Positions 10,069 through 23,803 of a stretch of 64,000 bases of DNA are shown piece by piece. This DNA comes from Cladosporium halotolerans (Eukaryota). The number at the start of each line of letters is the position of its first letter. The stretch's first letter is position 1. The notes under the pieces are model-generated. The model was not told where the DNA came from. It did not search any database and was given only the letters and a program-made list of their open reading frames with translations. The stretch spans positions 310,001 to 374,000 of the forward strand of contig NW_027191457.1 of the NCBI RefSeq assembly GCF_011745625.1, given 5' to 3'. Made by a program: the position numbers and the translations under genes.

Positions 10069-12338
10069 TCACAAAGCGAGCCACACGCCGCAAGCGCCCA
10101 GCAAAGCCAAGCAACTCCCAGACCGCCACCCCTTGCCGGACGCCGCGCCGCCAGCAAAGGGCACAACCGACTCGGTGGTGTCGCCCCCGACAGAGCTGCC
10201 CGTCGCCTGACTAGCAGGACTGTCGCCTGCGCGGCCTCCACTCCCAGTCGGCGCTAAGGCTATCGTCGTCGACTCCCCGCTCGCCACCACCAGGACGCCG
10301 GCACTCGATGGCAGGAGCGAGTAGACGACGCCCGACACCGTGACCGCGTTGTCTTCGGCCGCAGAAAGCGCGTCGACGGCCATGATGAAGCTCCCGCTCT
10401 CCTCGTCGCCTCCTCCCTGTGAGCTCGCGCCAGAAAGTCCTTGCTCGATGTACTCCGCGAGCTCGTCCGAGCCACTGCCCGGAGCGACCACGACTCCGAG
10501 GCCAGACGGCAGAGCCGAGTACGCCGTGCCGGAAATCGTGGCGGCCTCGCCGCCTGCGACGACAGTGATGCTGCCGTCGAGCACGTAGCCGTCTGCCGCG
10601 CCGTCGACGACGCTCACGCCGGGCAGACTCGTTGCTTCGGAGGCCGCGACTACCCTGCTCTGGCCGTTGGCTGCCACGGCGATGCCGCTTCCTTGCGGGA
10701 GGGCGGAGTACGTGGTGCCTGCAACGACGACGGCCGAGCCGCCGACTGCGAGCGTTTGGGAAGGGAGGACGAAGGCGCTCGGGTCTTGCGCTGCTGTGCT
10801 CAGGCCGAAAGCGGGCAGGTCTGAGGGTCGGATTGTCGTGGAGCCTGAAGCGCTGATGGCGACTACGCCGGCGTTGGAGGGCAGGGCGGAGAATGATGTG
10901 CCGGAGAGGCTGATGCCTTCGCCGCCTTGGGAGAGTGTGGCGCCGGGGAGGACGAAGGCTGGAGAGGCGGTGGTGATGGGTTTGACGAAGCCGGTCGGAG
11001 GGCTTGTGATTGGTGCAGGTGAGGGCGTGGCACTTGGTCCTCCGGTAGCAACGGGTACGATGCCGCCGTTGGCGGAAGTCCGTACGGAGAAAGTTGTAGC
11101 TGGGTTGATTGGTGCCCCGTTGCCTTCGCTTGAAGGTCCTGATTCTGGGGCTCCGTTCGAAGCAGGAGGAGACGTGTCATCGGGAGAGTCATCGCTTGGA
11201 GCTTGCGGTGTTCCAGACGGGCTTGCTGGATTTTGCGTGGCAGGAGGCGCAGGCTCGTCACCATCGTCAGGCTGTGGCGTTCCGGATGGAGTCTGCGGAT
11301 TTCCTGTCGCCGGCGGAGCAGGCTCATCGTCTGGCTCTTCTGGAGTATTACTAGGCGTTGATCCTGGCTCATCAGGGTTGCTAGGGGGATCATTCTCCGC
11401 AGGCAGGTCGTCAGACTCTTCGGGTGGTGGTGCCGGAGCAGTCGTCGTAGGCTGGCTCGTAGTCGTGCGAGAAGGCGTCGCAGTAACACTATCCGCCGGC
11501 CGTGCACTCGTCGTAGGCGTCGTAGATGGACCGTCAGAAGTCCGTGTCGTAGTGCTAGGGGACGAGAGCGTCATCGCAGGCAGCTCGATCTCGTTCGCAG
11601 GCGTCAGAGCCACGGGCGGAGGGCCCGTCAGGAACAGGCTGCACTGTTCGAACACGCCCTCGTCCGGATACCAGGACGCCAGTTCGGGCATCATGAGGTA
11701 GTGCATCGACAGGGAAGCGACCGATGTCACGGTCGTTGGGCCGGCGTAGGTTGCAATGCCGTCTTTGAGGTATACGCTCGAGTCCAGGCAAGTGGAAGCT
11801 CCGGCGCTGTCTGTCGTGGAGACGTGGCCTTGCAGTCGCATCGTGTCGTTGAAATATATGACTGCGCCGCTGTTTCCCGCCACCGTCCTTTACGAGAGAG
11901 TGTTAGTATTGTCTCCATCGTCCATTCCGTGTTCATGTGTCTTACACAGTGTACGGCGTCAACTTGTAAGGGTCTATGACCTCGCAGACTGGATCGCAAT
12001 TATCGTTGAGCCCTACGTTCGCGCAGACCGAAGTTTGCTGGTACGCCGTCAGAGCGCCAGAGTTGCATATCGTGGACGTGCTCGTCGTGTTGCGCGACGG
12101 GTCGACGATTTGCTGGATGGTCCGGAGGGCAGGCAAGCTGGAGTTTTGCGACCAGCTTCCACGCCAGAGATCTGTTTCGCGTAGACGTCCAAGTCAGCGT
12201 CGATGGCTGTCATACGCTTTCGAGAGACGTACCGTAGATCTGGAGGTATGTGCATGGTCCGCAGCCGGCCGAGGCAGTCGCCGTCGATGTATTCGCGAAG
12301 GACGCGAACGTCGCGCTGGTAACAATCGAAATCGCCAT
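10069..12338 (-). CDS. Ser/Thr/Pro-rich cell-wall protein, probably GPI-anchored, with a Cys-containing N-terminal domain and internal repeats
   Basis: ATG at 12338 and two GT-AG introns (about 12173-12232, 11888-11945) lead into the 604-aa ORF. It has a mucin-like tract, four GG..ISGT.YSALP repeats and a hydrophobic C-terminus (SCLALLGACGVWLAL). Confidence 0.7.
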
Positions 12339-13245
12339 CTTCGCTGCCTCCTCACGCAACGCAGAAGGCAGAAACTCGTTCCGCAAACAAGACCGACACC
12401 GCGCACCTCATATAATAAGAATCTCCACCTACCCTGCTCATAAACCTTCAGCTCATCCTACCGACTGGTCTCGGCATCAGATCCAACACGTCCTACGTTC
12501 CCTAAATTGGTCGCTGCGGTTCAAAGGATTCACTCGGCTCAGCAGTAGTCGTATGCACAACTCGATGCCAAGGCCAAAGTAGACGTGCTAACTGGCTGCT
12601 ATGGCCGGGGTGCTAATTTTTCCGCGCTCGTGGCGTCGAAAGCTGGATGGTTTTATATTGCGCGTGAGGCTGGACTGCGCTGCGCGGCAAGTCGCTTGAG
12701 GCTTGTTTTACGAGTTTTGAAGAGCACGTGGGTTGCTTTGGAGGCCTGATGTTGGCATTGGGATCTTGCTGCCTTAGAGAAAATTTTTATGTATTGGTAG
12801 GTGAATTAGCTGTTCTGAATCAGTAGTATCGAGCATTTGGTAGCACATTTCACGTCCTTGTGCTCGAGGTTGGTTCGCCGGATTTTGCCGCTCGAATCGC
12901 ACTATTTTTGGCAAATGCCTGTTGCGCTGTGACCATGAGACACCCCTGTAAGCATAGTGATGATCTCGAGAAAAGATAAGATTGGAGGCCCTGGGACTTG
13001 GCACTGATGAGAAATACCCAGCTATTCCTTTGCCCATGCTCGGACGCGGGACCGGCCGATGCCTGCAAGATCGCTAGCAAGTGAAGTAGTCTGCGTAGCC
13101 CTCGCTTGCAGATTGCAGCATGGCCTTGCCCGGCGACGCTATAGCAAGGATTATACGACCATCGCCGTCGGTATGAACTCTTCGGCAGAAACGACTACCA
13201 CGGTCTCACAGCCGAGCAACAAAAACGAGCCCAGTGGCAAGGCGT

Positions 13246-13695
13246 TCATGAAGTTTCCCACATGACAGCCATCGGCGGTCCAGCGACCCTCTCCTTTGCG
13301 AAAGCTTTGAGATTCTTGTGTGCTTCTGTCGAACGTAAGATCGCCCGTCAGCTTTCCGGCGCAGCAGTTGCTCTCGCAAACAGCCAGACTCACCGCACTC
13401 CTCGTCGTAGTACTTCACATCATCGAGCGACGAGAAAGTCGTGTGGGCGAGGAAATTGTAGCCTTGCGTGCGAGGATCATCCACAGGCCTGTGGGCGTTG
13501 ACGGAAAGAATGTAAGGCTTGCCGTTCTGTTGTCGGCGGATGATGGATCAGCCGCTGGGCTTCTTCGGTCCCGTGATCTCGGGCAAACAGACAAACCTTT
13601 TGCTGGTTCTTCTCAAGGGCGCTGTACTGCTCAGCGAATGCAGGGATGTCACCCTCGTTGGCGACTTTGAACATGGTGATTCTTTGGACGGTCAT
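13246..13695 (-). CDS. Stress-responsive A/B barrel (Dabb) protein
   Basis: Three exons: MTVQRITMFKV...NQQK / DGKPYILSV...DPRTQGYNFLAHTTFSSLDDVKYYDEEC / ..AHKNLKAFAK...WETS*. Confidence 0.85.
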
Positions 13696-14757
13696 TTTGG
13701 CGGCAGTGGCGTGGATTGCTCGACAAGTGGCTGCTTTGAGATGATCGCAGATGTGTATAGAACGTGTGAAAGGAAATGCGCGCCCTGGAAGGAACATGGA
13801 GTGGAGATGCCGGCCTCTCCTACCTCAGAGGCTGGAGATCAGAATCACCCACCAGACAAGTGGTTTGGTCATGACCCGTCCGGGACTCGGATATCGTCAT
13901 CAGAGTTTCGGACACGGCCCATAGCAGCTCGAGTAGCATGATCGTAAACTTGGGCAATTGCCGTTCCTGGTACCTTGCTCTGAGGTGTCAGAGGCTTGAA
14001 ACTCCTCACAACATGTTCCAGGGGAACGCTCGACTGGACGAATGGGAAAGTTTAAAGATGGATGCCGACCCGGATGTTGACATTTCTGACAGGTTCAAAA
14101 CCCAGCCACCTCGCCAGCGCTGCCGGGAAACCGTGGGCGTTCGAACGCCTCAGGCAGGGGAGAAAGTCAATTGCCGAACTCTAACAAGCCCACGACCTTC
14201 CTCTTCCTGATGAATGCGACACGGGCGACACGTCCCGGCTGTGTGTTGGAGATATACCGTGGCGACCATGTGAAGAGCAGGTCACGTGCGGAGATTTGGG
14301 GCACGAGCAGCACCCTTGCGCGGCACCGCACGAGGCCCCGCCAGCACACCGCTTCTCGAGCGCCATCAGCACTCGAATGCAGCTCCCTCAACGCGCCGGC
14401 GCCCGGTACTCGTCCAGGCAATCTGCGCGACTGGGGAGCTGCGCAGGCGAATGGCGACTATCAGTGGCCCCGCGCGAGATCTCTCCGATGGGGGTGAGAT
14501 GGTGGCCCGCGAAAGCTTCCACCGCGTCGTGAGCAGTGAGCAGTGAGCACACGCATGCCGCATGCGCAGTCGGGCCCGAGGCTGAAGCAGCGCGGTGGTG
14601 AGGGTGAGGGTGGCATGCCCGGCCGGATCGAGTCCGACGCATGCCACATGCACCAGCGCACCAAACCCAGCCCTGCAGCGTCGCGGCGGCGAATGGGCGG
14701 GTGCCAGCGAATCGCCTGGCTCATGCGACACACCCGGGCATGAGCGGCGCCCTGGGG

Positions 14758-14804
14758 GACCGGCGCCATCGACCGGCGCCATCGACCTGCACCATCGACC
14801 GGCG
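14758..14804. repeat. 13-bp minisatellite (GACCGGCGCCATC), about 3.5 copies
   Basis: Read directly from the sequence. Confidence 0.7.
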
Positions 14805-15320
14805 ACCGCCCACCGCGGGTGAGTGCATGGCCATGCGTGCGGCCATGCATCCTCCCACACCTACGCGATTATGCATCCTCCCACTCCTCCGCGATTATCG
14901 TGGAGGCGGCTCTTGTGCGACGCCCCGCCGTACCCCGGCGCCGTGTGCCAGTTTCACCGTGGTCGTGCGGTGACCGCCAATGGCGAGAAGCGCATCGCGC
15001 GATCAGGATCGGGCCTCCATCTGGAGCACGATCTGAAGCCGTTGACAGACACGAGATTGACGTCTGCTGGCCGCGACGCCTTCTGATGGGCTCCTGCTCT
15101 TGCGCCGTGGTGGCTGCAGCGCGTATATGACGCTTGACAGCACATACCTGCGTGCCCGCCTTGCTCGACGAGCAGCGTCGGCTACACAACTGCCCGTCCA
15201 GCGTCGGCCTCCCTCAGGCTCTGCACGAGCTTGCTGGGGCCCAATGGCTCCTTCCTTGCTGTTGCCGGCGCAGTCGAATCTCGGCAATGATGGCGTCTGA
15301 CGGCGAGGCCAGCGCCACTC

Positions 15321-15367
15321 CCATGCCTGCCATGCCTGCCATGCCTCCCATGCCTCCCATGCCTCCC
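15321..15367. repeat. 9-bp tandem repeat CCATGCCT(G/C) x5
   Basis: Read directly from the sequence. Confidence 0.8.
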
Positions 15368-16293
15368 GTGGCCTCCGCCCAGGAACTATCGACTGCCCCG
15401 ACGAACCGCTGCAACCAAGTCGTAGTCTCACCTCCACCTAGCTCTGATTCATGAGGCAACCTCACTTCCTGCTGGTCGACACCTGCGTGCAAGGAGGGCC
15501 GCACAACGTCGTCGCAGGACACCAACCACAATCGACATCACGTCACGAAAGCGTTTCCTGTATGTGTACCTGACGCTCCCGATGACAGGGAACCAGCCAC
15601 ATGCTTTGATTACCCTCCGCATTATTGCCCTCGTGTGTACCGAGCTGCCGCGCTTGCGACGTGCATCCGCACCTGGGGATCTGCGCCAGACGCTGCGGCC
15701 CTGGACCCTGCACGGCACGCAGCAACGGCGGGCTACACGGCCATGTCTCCTAGTTCCACGTCTCGATCTCAATCCTCCTTCCACTTGTGTGGCAGAAATG
15801 CACGCCAGCGCATCGCACCGGGGTTTGGGCTGCTGCTCCACGGGTTGAGCCCTCTGGACCGTTCACTGCAGTGCAATTTTATCAGACTTTCTGGTAAGGA
15901 TGCCCTCTCCGGTCCACAGTGTTGGAGCTCGCGGTCCCAGGTGCCTTGCCACCGGTGTCCCGTCGGGTGCTCCTCATCGCTGCTTCACGTCCTTCCTCCA
16001 TTGTCTCATCATTGGGAGGAGGCCATATCTATACCAGCCCCAGCCGCGATCTCCCACGACCGTTTTTTTCAATGCAGCCATAGCCCTTCTCAGTGGATAC
16101 TGTCCCGTATCTTCGCCCTCATAGTGGCCGCCGGCATCTCGCCAGCCGACTCAAGCACTGCTGTGCAACGCTCTCCTTCGCCATCACTGGCCTCGCCCCA
16201 AGCACATCGCTGCTTTCGTTCAGTGGACGGCAACTGGACATACGCCTCACTGCTCCTTACGGCCAATCGCCACCCCGACTGAGTCGAGCCATC

Positions 16294-17098
16294 ATGTTCT
16301 ACTCAATGTATCTCTCAAGTAGGTCGTGCTCGAATCTGACCCGCGTGCCCGTTTCAATCGCATATTCCGCATCCCGTTTCCGCAGCTCGCTTGCGCCCCT
16401 CCCTCCCAGCCAACCAAGCCGTCTTTCCACGCAAAATAAGCCATAGACTAATCTCAAACGCCCGACCACCAGGCCTCTGCGAGCGCCGCCACTGGTCCTC
16501 GCCGCTCTACGAGCCCTACCAGACCCGCCACGGCCACTTCTGCAAAGTCCGCGTCAACAACCGCGAGTACAGCACCGACGTGCCGTACAAGTCCGCCGCG
16601 CTCGCCCGCGACGGCGCCGCCACAAAGGCCTTCATGATCTGCCGCAACTTCTCCGCCAACGACGGCATGTACCCCGGCCAGCGGCCCGGCGGCGGCGGCG
16701 TCGTGCAAGGGCTCCCCGTCGCCATCGGCGACGGCAGGGCCGCGCGCTCCTGCCGCAGCTCCCTGACCGGCAGCGACGTGAGCGCGAGCGAAGGCTCCGG
16801 CGGCAGCAGCGGCGGCGAGTCGCCGCGCAGCTTCGAGAGCGGCTACGTCGATGGCCAGGTCGCCGCCATGCCGAGGGCTGTCAAGATCGCTGGGCCTGCG
16901 CCGCCGGCGTCGAGTGCGCGCCAAGGCCGCAGAGGAGGCGGAAGGGGCTATCGAGGCTCTGCGGGAGGCGCTGCGCAGCCGCCGCCTGCGATGATGGGCA
17001 GCGAGTACGTCTGTCTCTGCCGGCGGGGCGCGGTGAGGGCGTACGGGAGGTGCGAGTGGTGTCTGAACGAGTGCGGGTGGAACGCTTACGTCTCTTGA
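16294..17098 (+). CDS. Small fungal protein with a dsRNA-binding-motif (DSRM)-like N-terminal domain and a Cys-rich C-terminus
   Basis: Exon 1 MFYSMYLS, intron 16319-16472 (GTAGGT...ACTAAT...CAG), then LCERRHWSSPLY...CKVRVNNREYSTD...ARDGAATKAF, which fits an alpha-beta-beta-beta-alpha pattern. Confidence 0.7.
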
Positions 17099-17550
17099 CG
17101 CCGGGGCCCGAAAGGCTTCTGGTGTCGGAGGGCGACAGCAGCAACGACGTCTTGCGGCGATCGGAACGCAGACACGAAGATGGTGCCGCGAGGCATTAAC
17201 GAATTGTACGATTTTTGACGAACTCACGAGGACGCGCGCGGCTGGCGGCAGGTCAGGTCAGGTCAGGGCGGGGCGGGTTCCTCGGTCATTTTGTTCTGTT
17301 CCGTCTAGACGAGCGAGCGAGCGACTTTTTATTTTCCATCTAGCTAAGCTCTCTCGGTTTAATAGATCCTGCTCATTGAAACTGTCAATCTACGAACCAA
17401 ACCCTCCCCCCTCCCCCCCAAGACGTCTCTTCCATTCACAACCCATCACCCCCTCCGCCACCCCCTACCAAATTGTCGAGCTATGAACCAGAAGCCACCT
17501 CACACGTCCCTTCCATTCACAATCCATCCCCCCTTCCGCCACCCGCCATC

Positions 17551-20328
17551 CTAACCCCTCCCACCAAGCGGCCTAAACGCCCCCTCAGCCCTGAAATCCC
17601 TACTCGAAAACCCCGCATGCACCCCCACCTCCCCGTCGCCAATGACCCACTGCTGCCTCTCGACATCCCAATAGCTCAAATCCCTGCGCATCAGCGGGAA
17701 CGTGACCACCTTGCTCTCGCCCGGCTGCAGCATGACTTTTTCGAACCCGCGCAGCACTCTGGCCGGCGTTACATCTTCGTTCGCGGGCTGCGGGAGCGAG
17801 AGGTAGAGCTGCGGGACGGCGGCGCCGGGGCGGGCGCCGGTGTTGGTCACGCGCGCGGAGACGGTGTAGAGGGTTTGCCAGAGGGCGGGGGCGCCGCCGG
17901 GCGGGTTGGGGCCCGAGGAAGTGGAGTTTGCGGACGGGGGGAGAGGGGCGATGGGGCTGGTGGCGGGGTCGGAGACGGAGATGTTGGAGAGCTCGAAGGT
18001 CGTGTACGACAGGCCGAAGCCGAACTCGTACTGCACGGGCAGGCCGTGGTGGTCGAAGTGGCGGTAGTCGATCAGCAGGCGCTCGCGGAAGTCGGACTGC
18101 CAGGCGTTGGGGTCGGTGGTGTTGAGGAGGGCGCTGGAGTTGGTGAGGGCTGCGAAGGAGTAGTCGGCTTCGGACTTGGCGATCGTGTAGGGGAGGTGGC
18201 CGGAGGGGTTGACGGCGCCGTAGAGCACGTCGACGATGCTGTTGCCGGCTTCTTGGCCGCCGAGGTGGGCGGCGAGGATGGCGGTTATGTTGGGGTGGTC
18301 GGCGAAGCTGGGGGGTTGTTAGTGGCGTTGGCATGGTAAGGATGGTTTTCTGGGTTGGTGCTTACGGTAGGACGTTCAGGCCGCCAGAGTGCGTCACTAC
18401 GATGGTGTTGGTGCAATTGTCGGCCACCGTCGTGGCGAGCGCCGTGCCGTTCCAATCGACTAGAAGGCTTTCTCGGTCGTATCCTTCGGTTGCCCAGGTC
18501 TTCAGGAATACGAGGCAGACCTCAGGTGCGGGATACATGGGTTGGCTAACTCACAGTCAGTACCAAAGTTTCCAGTCACGAGGCATCGCGCAACACACAG
18601 ATTACCGCTTTGGGTAGTGACCGAGTTGTTGAGCACATATTGCACCAAAGTTCCATCCTGTCGAGCTCTTTCCTTAATGGCATCCAGAGGTGGCACCACG
18701 TAAGTGAGTCTGCCGGCACCGGAGCCGCCTCCCATTGCAAGAATGCCGTAATCGAAGTTTCCGTCGCCCAAATTGAGGTTCGAGAGTGAGTATTGCCCGT
18801 TCACGAGGTCTCCTGCATCATTTCCGAAAATGCCGATGTTCTTCGGCGCTTTCAGCGGCAGGGCGTTGTCAACGTTCTTCAGCAGAACGATGCCTGCGGC
18901 GCCGAGTTCACGGATAAGATTTGCGTGGTCCCCGCGGACGTCGATGTCGCGCTGGGAGTTGTAAGTCCAGTTGTACAGGAATTGTGCGGCTAAATATAAA
19001 TATGATCAGTCATGAACTCGAATAACTTAAAAGCACCACTTACGCTTGAAGAAGTTGAGGCCGTCAGAGCTGGGGTCAACACCAGGGTACGACGCTTCAT
19101 TTTGACCAAGACGGAAATAGGGCGTCATGATGCGTCTGGCCATGTCGTCGACGCGCCCAATAGGGACGCTTCCGTTGTTGACTGCAGCAGTGAGGTTTCC
19201 GCCGAAGTATGAATGCTCTGTTTCCGTGAACGCAATTCCTCCGGGCATATCCATGTCGAGGCCAGCCAAGATAGGTGCGACACCGGCGTGCGTAGCTCCC
19301 CAGTCGGATACCACTAGACGTTGTTAGCCTGTGTGATCATATGGGCTCATGAGCGACAAGCGTACCATATCCTTGAAAACCTAGCTCATCCTTCAAGACG
19401 CCATTGAGCAATTTGCTGTTCTGGCATCCGTACGAGCCGTTGACGCGATTGTAAGAGCACATAATTGACGACGCTCCGGCTTTGACAGCGTTGGCGAATG
19501 GCCAGGCATAGACTTCGTGCATTGTTCGGTCATCGATATTAGACGAGACAGCCTCGATGGTCTGGCCGTCATCATTGACAGATGGGTTGCGCTGCGTCTC
19601 CTGCTCGTTTCCAATATAGTCTGTTCAATGTTCAGTTTCAATCGTCTGCCAAGTTCAGCGGTACTCACGCTTTGCGCAAGCCTGAATGCCCCTCTCTTCC
19701 ATGCCGACAATCGTCTCGGCAAACAATTCGCCAGTCAGCCATGGATCGGGACTGAAACCCTCCCAGTTTCTGCCTCCGTATCCCGATCTGCCCAATGGAC
19801 CAGCGACAGGTCCGAGGGCTACGTGCGCACCTTTTCCGACAAACTCGTCAGCCATGTCCTGGCCGCGAGCGTGGGCTAGGTTTCTGTCCCACGCTGCTGC
19901 GACTGTCAAGCCGGCAGGGAAGACGGACGCGTAGTCGGCTTCTCTGATAGCAAGCGGCCCATCTTGGAGGCAGAGGCCGTTGAAGCCGAGACGTGGCACG
20001 GGGCCGATGTTACCGACGCAAGGGCCGGCTGTGCCTGTGACTAGTCTGACTTTCTCTTCCAGCGTTAGTTGGGAGACGAAACCGCTGGCTTGCTCGAAAG
20101 CGGTTTCCCAGCCTTGGCCTGTTGCGTTTGCTGAGTAGGCGTCAGCTTTGGATCATGAGACAGATGTCGTTCGTTTATGTTCTTACGAGAAGGATACACA
20201 GGCGGGCTGGTTGCGTAGTCTGACTGAACCCAGGGTAGACCGGCGGTGGGAGTGTTCTGTCCGTGCACAGCGTGGGTTGCCAAAAGAGCGATGGCTCCCT
20301 TGGCCAGCGTACTCTTATGCCGTGGCAT
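17551..20328 (-). CDS. Secreted GH3 beta-glucosidase with C-terminal Fn3-like domain
   Basis: Signal peptide, six GT-AG introns, motifs [21 protein letters not shown], catalytic [25 protein letters not shown] and LRGFEKV. Confidence 0.93.
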
Positions 20329-21500
20329 TGTAACAGTGACACTCGTGGCGCACGCACACAATGTATAGCCCAACCGCGTATTGATCAAGCGAAACCAATA
20401 TACCACCGAAGGGCGATGATGAAGGGAGGCAGACTACACCAGAGCAGGGGAAAGTCTACTTATTCTCGCGAACTCAATCATCTCGGCGCCTTCTACGCCG
20501 ACAATGAGGAAAAGCGGCACCTGTCCCCTCAAGCCAAAGAGCAAATGCATCATGGGGCGCGCACTGTGACCCCACGGGGACACTGTAGCTGCAGGAACAG
20601 AAGAGCCCCGTCTTCGACTGAACGACGATCATTGGGAGAGGGGAGCGGGGGAAGTTCCTATAGCGCAGGCCGTATGTAGGATAGGCAATATCAAGCCCTA
20701 ATCGATGCCGGATAAAGCGGACTGTCGTCGCGCGAGGTTGTGAACAACGGCGAAGCTGACTCGTAAAAGCTCGGACTGGCGAACTGTAGATGATGTCCGT
20801 TGGGCTTCACGTGGCCCGTATGGCATAGACACGATCGGTAGATGTGCCGGTATTGAAAGTGATCAATGCCAAAGCGCAAAGTGACCATGAAGAGCTCGAG
20901 GAAGCTTAACCATCGCGATCATCAAGGCCGATGACAAGCATGAGTAGCATCGAAGCAAGCTTGATCAAGGTCGAAATAGCTGAACTCTATTTTCTAGCTT
21001 CAGAGACCCCGCACACAGTTGTGTTGTCGCGCCGGAATGTTTGTTTAATCGCCCGGCAGTTGCAGGTGACGTCGTGAGCGGGCAACGATCTCATCCGACC
21101 TCGAGGCAGATGAAGCCGCCACCCGAGCCGAAAATCCGGTTCGGAACAGGACAGGGTCGTCGCAGGCATTCATGGAGGACTGTTGACAAGCAATAGAACA
21201 AAATTGCAAGAGAGAAGAGAAATATTACTAGCAAAACATACTATGTGGCCATAAAAGTTTTATGATTTGTATATCAAGCAGCTCTGTCGCTTGTTTTGGA
21301 GGACCCCGCCCCATGTTCGCTGGAAGTAGACGCATGGGACCAGAACGCCGCGCGCTTTTCGATCAAAATGGGTAAAGTGATGCTGTATGTGATAGAGGGC
21401 AAATCCGCGAAGTGCATGCATAGCAAAAGCTGATCATGCTCGAGAGTAGAGATATCTGGGAACGTGCGAGAAGGGGTTCAAGGATGCTGCAAGGAGTCGT

Positions 21501-22712
21501 TTACATGATAATCGCGGGAGCTGGAACCAGTTCGTTAGTATGCTTGTCCCGCCAGTGAATGATACGGAAATGTCCAACTTACTGTCAATGTTTGCCTTGA
21601 TGCTCTTGTGCGGCAGCACGCTTGCACCGTTGCAGTAGATCTCGTCGCCAACTGTGACGTCGTCGCCGAGCACTGACACGTTCTCCATGCGCGCCCATCT
21701 GCCCACGGTGCTGTTCCATCCCACAATTGTGCTCTTGACCCACGCGTGCTCCTTGATCTTGCTGCCCTTCAACAGCACTGAGCGCTGAAGGCGCACTCCC
21801 TCGCCGATTTCAACGTTAGGACCAATGACAACATTGGGGCCAATCTTGCAGTTCTTGCCAATCTTGGCCGACGGGTCGATCATCACGTTTCCGCCGAACA
21901 CGTAAGGCTCGCTGGCAGGGGTGAGCTGGTCGCTACCCTGCTTGGTAAGAGAAGAGAGGTAGAGGCATGTGCCGGAGAGGAAGTCCTTGGGCTGGCCGAC
22001 GTCCATCCAGAAGCCCTCCAGGTCAAAGCTGTGGAGCTGACCATCCTTGACGATGGCAGGGAATGTCTCCTGCTCGATGGAAGTGGGGCGCAGGTCGATG
22101 CGCTTGAGGACGGAGGGGTTCAGGATGTAGATACCAGCATTGATGCGGTTGCCAACGAACTCGACGGGCTTCTCAACAAATCGGTCGATGCGCGAGGGGT
22201 GATCGGGCTTGTGCACAATGACACCGTACTTGCTAGGCTCCTCGACCTTGGTGACGACGATTGTACCCTCTTGGCCGTGTGCTTTGTGGAAGTCGGCAAG
22301 CTGCTTGAAGGGGTATTCGCAAATGACGTCCGAATTGAGGACAAAGAAGGGTGCGTCATCCTTGCCCAAGATCTTCTCTGCGAGCTTGAGCGGGCCGGCG
22401 GTGCCCAATGGCTCAGTCTCAACAGAGAACTCGATGTTGACGCCGTATTGCTTCTCGTAGCTCTTGAGGGCCTCGGTCATGACCTCAGGGCGGTAGTTGA
22501 CGGCGAGGACGATGTCGGTCACACCAGCAGCAGCAAGCGCTTCGATTTGGTGAACGATCATGGGGCGGTTGCCGAACTCGACGAGAGGCTTGGGGAGGGT
22601 GAGGGTAAGAGGGCGGAGGCGCGTGCCGAAGCCGCCGACGAGAATCAGAGCTGTGCCAGTGTCAGTGCTTGCCTGCATACGACCAGCTACTTTGCTATCG
22701 CATACCCTTCAT
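21501..22712 (-). CDS. PSA1: Mannose-1-phosphate guanylyltransferase (GDP-mannose pyrophosphorylase)
   Basis: ATG AAG G|intron|CT CTG gives [28 protein letters not shown]. Also [16 protein letters not shown] and a hexapeptide-repeat C-terminus. A final intron precedes APAIIM*. Confidence 0.95.
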
Positions 22713-23803
22713 GGTGATTAGGTTAGGGTATTTGGGTATCTAGAGTCGTAACTGGCGTCGCAGAACCAGCTGCTTGAAGCCGGCTCGGTGATGGAGTACG
22801 TGGGGTTGTTGCGGGATGGAGCGAGGGGAGGTAGCCTTGCGGTGGAGTACAAGACCAAGATGGCGATCAACTGATCAATCGGAGGTGAAGGTGTGAGAGC
22901 TGACGAGGATGCAGAGAGTTGTGCCGTGAGAAAGCGTGGAGGGCGGTCAGAGGCGCAGCTTTTCGGGAGGTGGTGGTGTTTGGCTTCCCCGTGTACAGAG
23001 ACCGCGTGTCATTTAGGGTGCCAGCTGCCAGGGTCCAGAATCAACCCCTCGTACCGGTTTGATTCGAGCGCTGCTGCGTGCAACATCATGCTCCGTGTTC
23101 CAATGCTACGCGTACGACGGGGCGGCCGTGGCAGTCATACGCATAGCCACTTGTTGCGTGTGATGCTGTTAAATATAGCCTCGCCTGCCGCCGCCCTGAG
23201 TCTAAGAACCATCAGCAGCATCATAATCATCACCCACCACCCGGGTCCGGCCGATGCAAGTTCCCGCGCCATCTCCACGACCCGGCGATCTCAGCACGCT
23301 CAGCCCTGGGGTCTGTGAAGACCCCTCCGCATCATTCTTCACCACTGACCAGGGATCGCTGGTTTGTAGGCCGAAGGCGACGTGGGCCGATAGGTTCATC
23401 AAGCCCTTGATCATACTGTCATTTACTTTTGGATGATTCCCAAACAAAATGCCCGCACTCATGGTGGTCAATTGTTCTCATCGAAATGGACGGGATTTCA
23501 CGAATTTGCGTCATAAACAAATCTTTGCCTTCTCGTCATTGTTCTCCTGCACAGAGGCTTGAGCGAATGTAACTTCTTCTTATCTTTCACGCTTCTTTTC
23601 ACCATATTAGAGCTACAACCTAGAGGCATTGTGATCTTTGTGACCACGCAGCGGAACGCATTTCCCTAGGCAGCAATACCGTGACCGTCAAATACTCAAG
23701 CTCATAGCCGCCTTCGCTGCCACGACCCTGCGTGTCAACGCCAACACCAGATTTATCATTTTCCGCCGCCAGTGAAAGCGGCTTCTCCCTCGTTAAAAGC
23801 AGA

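Noticed and set aside
21434..21582. Extended PSA1 C-terminus ending ...YSRA as a possible cryptic PTS1 isoform
   Set aside because: It arises from reading through the last intron, and SRA is not a canonical PTS1. The spliced form ends in the conserved PAIIM.
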